DNA of 64,000 nt. Origin: Callorhinchus milii. Lineage: Eukaryota. Under the pieces are notes generated by a model that saw only the letters and a program-made list of their open reading frames with translations, was not told where the DNA came from and ran no database searches. A program made the translations under genes and the position numbers. The stretch covers positions 82,152,001 to 82,216,000 of the forward strand of contig NW_024704743.1 of assembly GCF_018977255.1 (NCBI RefSeq), in the 5' to 3' direction. Positions 62,166-64,000 of this stretch are shown here, in pieces. Each line of letters opens with the position of its first letter. Positions within the stretch are counted from its first letter, which is position 1.

Positions 62166-64000
62166 CGACACATGTATGGAAAACTTGCCATTGAAACCAT
62201 TGTCTGGCAAGCTTTCCAGCTGGGACTACCCAACCCATAAAGACGTTAGTTTGCAGAGTTAACGGGAGCTGAGTGGGAAGAGTCCCTGTCACCAGTGACT
62301 AGTCTGCCCTTCCAAGTCTTGCTGATGAATCAACCTGGCTGTGCTGTCATGTTTCACCCACAAAATATACAGTCAATTTGCTTTACAATATATTCTGTGA
62401 AGCGCTTTGAGACGTCTCGAAGATGTGATAAGGCGCTATATCAAATGCAAGGATTATTATTATTAACAGAGTGCCCTGGTGTGCTGCGGACCCGCCTGGC
62501 TCAGGAACTAGACCACCGAGACCGCCACTGAGGGCTGGCTCAATTCTGACATTCTGTTGCCAAACATGCCACCTGGAGCCAGTTCAGCTGGGTCTGCAAT
62601 GGGTGGATTGCAGATACCAGGAACTCCCTGCGAGTTTCCTGATTGGAAACACAGCTCAGCGAGAAATGTGTGAGAGCTTTGGGAATACCTTCAACCTGTG
62701 CACCTACAGACCTTTGCACCAATAATGATATCAGAGCCACTGTAATTCACCATTAAAGGTTTGTTGGTGTAAGCTAATTCTCTGCAACAACAACATCAAC
62801 ACAAAATTACATTTATAGAGCACCTCTCACGTCGGGAGGATGTCCCAAGGCATTGGACAATCAAGGGTCAGCAACTGAAAGAACATGGAAGATACTAATA
62901 ATAGCAATAATCCTTGCATTTGATATAGCGTTTTCACATCTTCTAGACGTTTCAAAGCGCTTCACAGAATATACTCTAAACTGAATTGACTGTATATTTT
63001 GTGGGCGAAATGCGGCAGCCAATTGCACACAGCAGTGTCCCAGATCACTTTTATAAATTACAAATTCTATCCAAACACACACTCTCCAGTCCTGCTGTGT
63101 GTTTCTCTGGTGACCTATATATATGTGTCTCTGTACTCAGATACATTTCTCATTCTGTTGCTTGGATCTCTTCCATCAAGGGAAAGAATTTTCAGTGATA
63201 CAAAAGAATTTTTAAATAATTCACACCACTGTACAAATTGGGAGCACGCATTTGAAAATAATAATCCTTACATTTGATATAGTACCTTTCACATCATCAA
63301 GATGTCTCAACACGCTTCGTAAGATTTATTGCAAAGTGGAGTTTTTTTAAGGGATTGTGTATAATGCAGACAAACACAGGAGCCAATTGCGCACAGAAAT
63401 GTCCCACAAACAGCTGTGAAGTGAATGACCAATTTTATATAGGATTTTGGCCAGGATCTTGGTTTAACATCTTATCTGCACCTTTTATAATATAGTGCTC
63501 CTTCAGCAGTAAGTACATTGCTTATTTTCCTAAATATTTCTTGGAAAGATATGTCTTGTTGCTGCCTGAAATTATATGTTATTAACATGTGCTGAAAAGT
63601 GGGATGGATCTTTTTGTCTCTGCAAACTCTTATGGAACCTAATGGACATAGCCACTTTGGTGTTGCCAAACACCATTTTGGCAACTTTGGGGAAGGGGGA
63701 GTTTGCGATATTTCTCTATTAAGAAATCCACAAGTCCATGACACCAACTCACAAGACGCCCACTCCAACTCAATCTATTTTCAGAGCGGGATTCCTTCCA
63801 GTCAGAAGGACAGATATCACATACGTCCAGTCACCAAAAGGAGTCACTACTCAAATTCCTTAATTTAAAAATATTGAATAAAAAATATGGCAAAATTGAC
63901 CCGTCATGTGTTTTAGGCTCAGTCGGTAGCCCTCGCACCTTTTGAATGATCAGATGGCTGTATAGGGGGCAGGTGAATATATTCTTTTAGGGGCAGCTGA

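Overview
Eukaryotic (vertebrate) genomic DNA, repeat-dense and apparently intronic or intergenic. The repeat repertoire (abundant L2/LINE2 and CR1 LINE fragments, tRNA-headed SINEs with a Deu-type central domain and L2-derived 3' tail) points to a cartilaginous fish, most plausibly a chimaera; this is inference from repeat content only. No host protein-coding gene could be identified with confidence, and nearly all long ORFs in the track are LINE ORF2 remnants or shadow frames. Best-supported items: a 5'-truncated CR1 with a largely open RT frame nested in an L2 (39.8-43.1 kb), a young L2 (43.7-44.4 kb), two SINE subfamilies differing in an internal segment and 3' stem-loop, a Helitron 5' fragment with the start of its ORF (19.0-19.5 kb), and a 182-bp near-perfect inverted duplication (15.7/17.8 kb). 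More speculative: a decayed coding-like island at 3.8-4.65 kb, three unnamed ancient repeat families, and several candidate exons. No CRISPR, rRNA or genuine tRNA genes were seen. Repeat boundaries are by eye and approximate.
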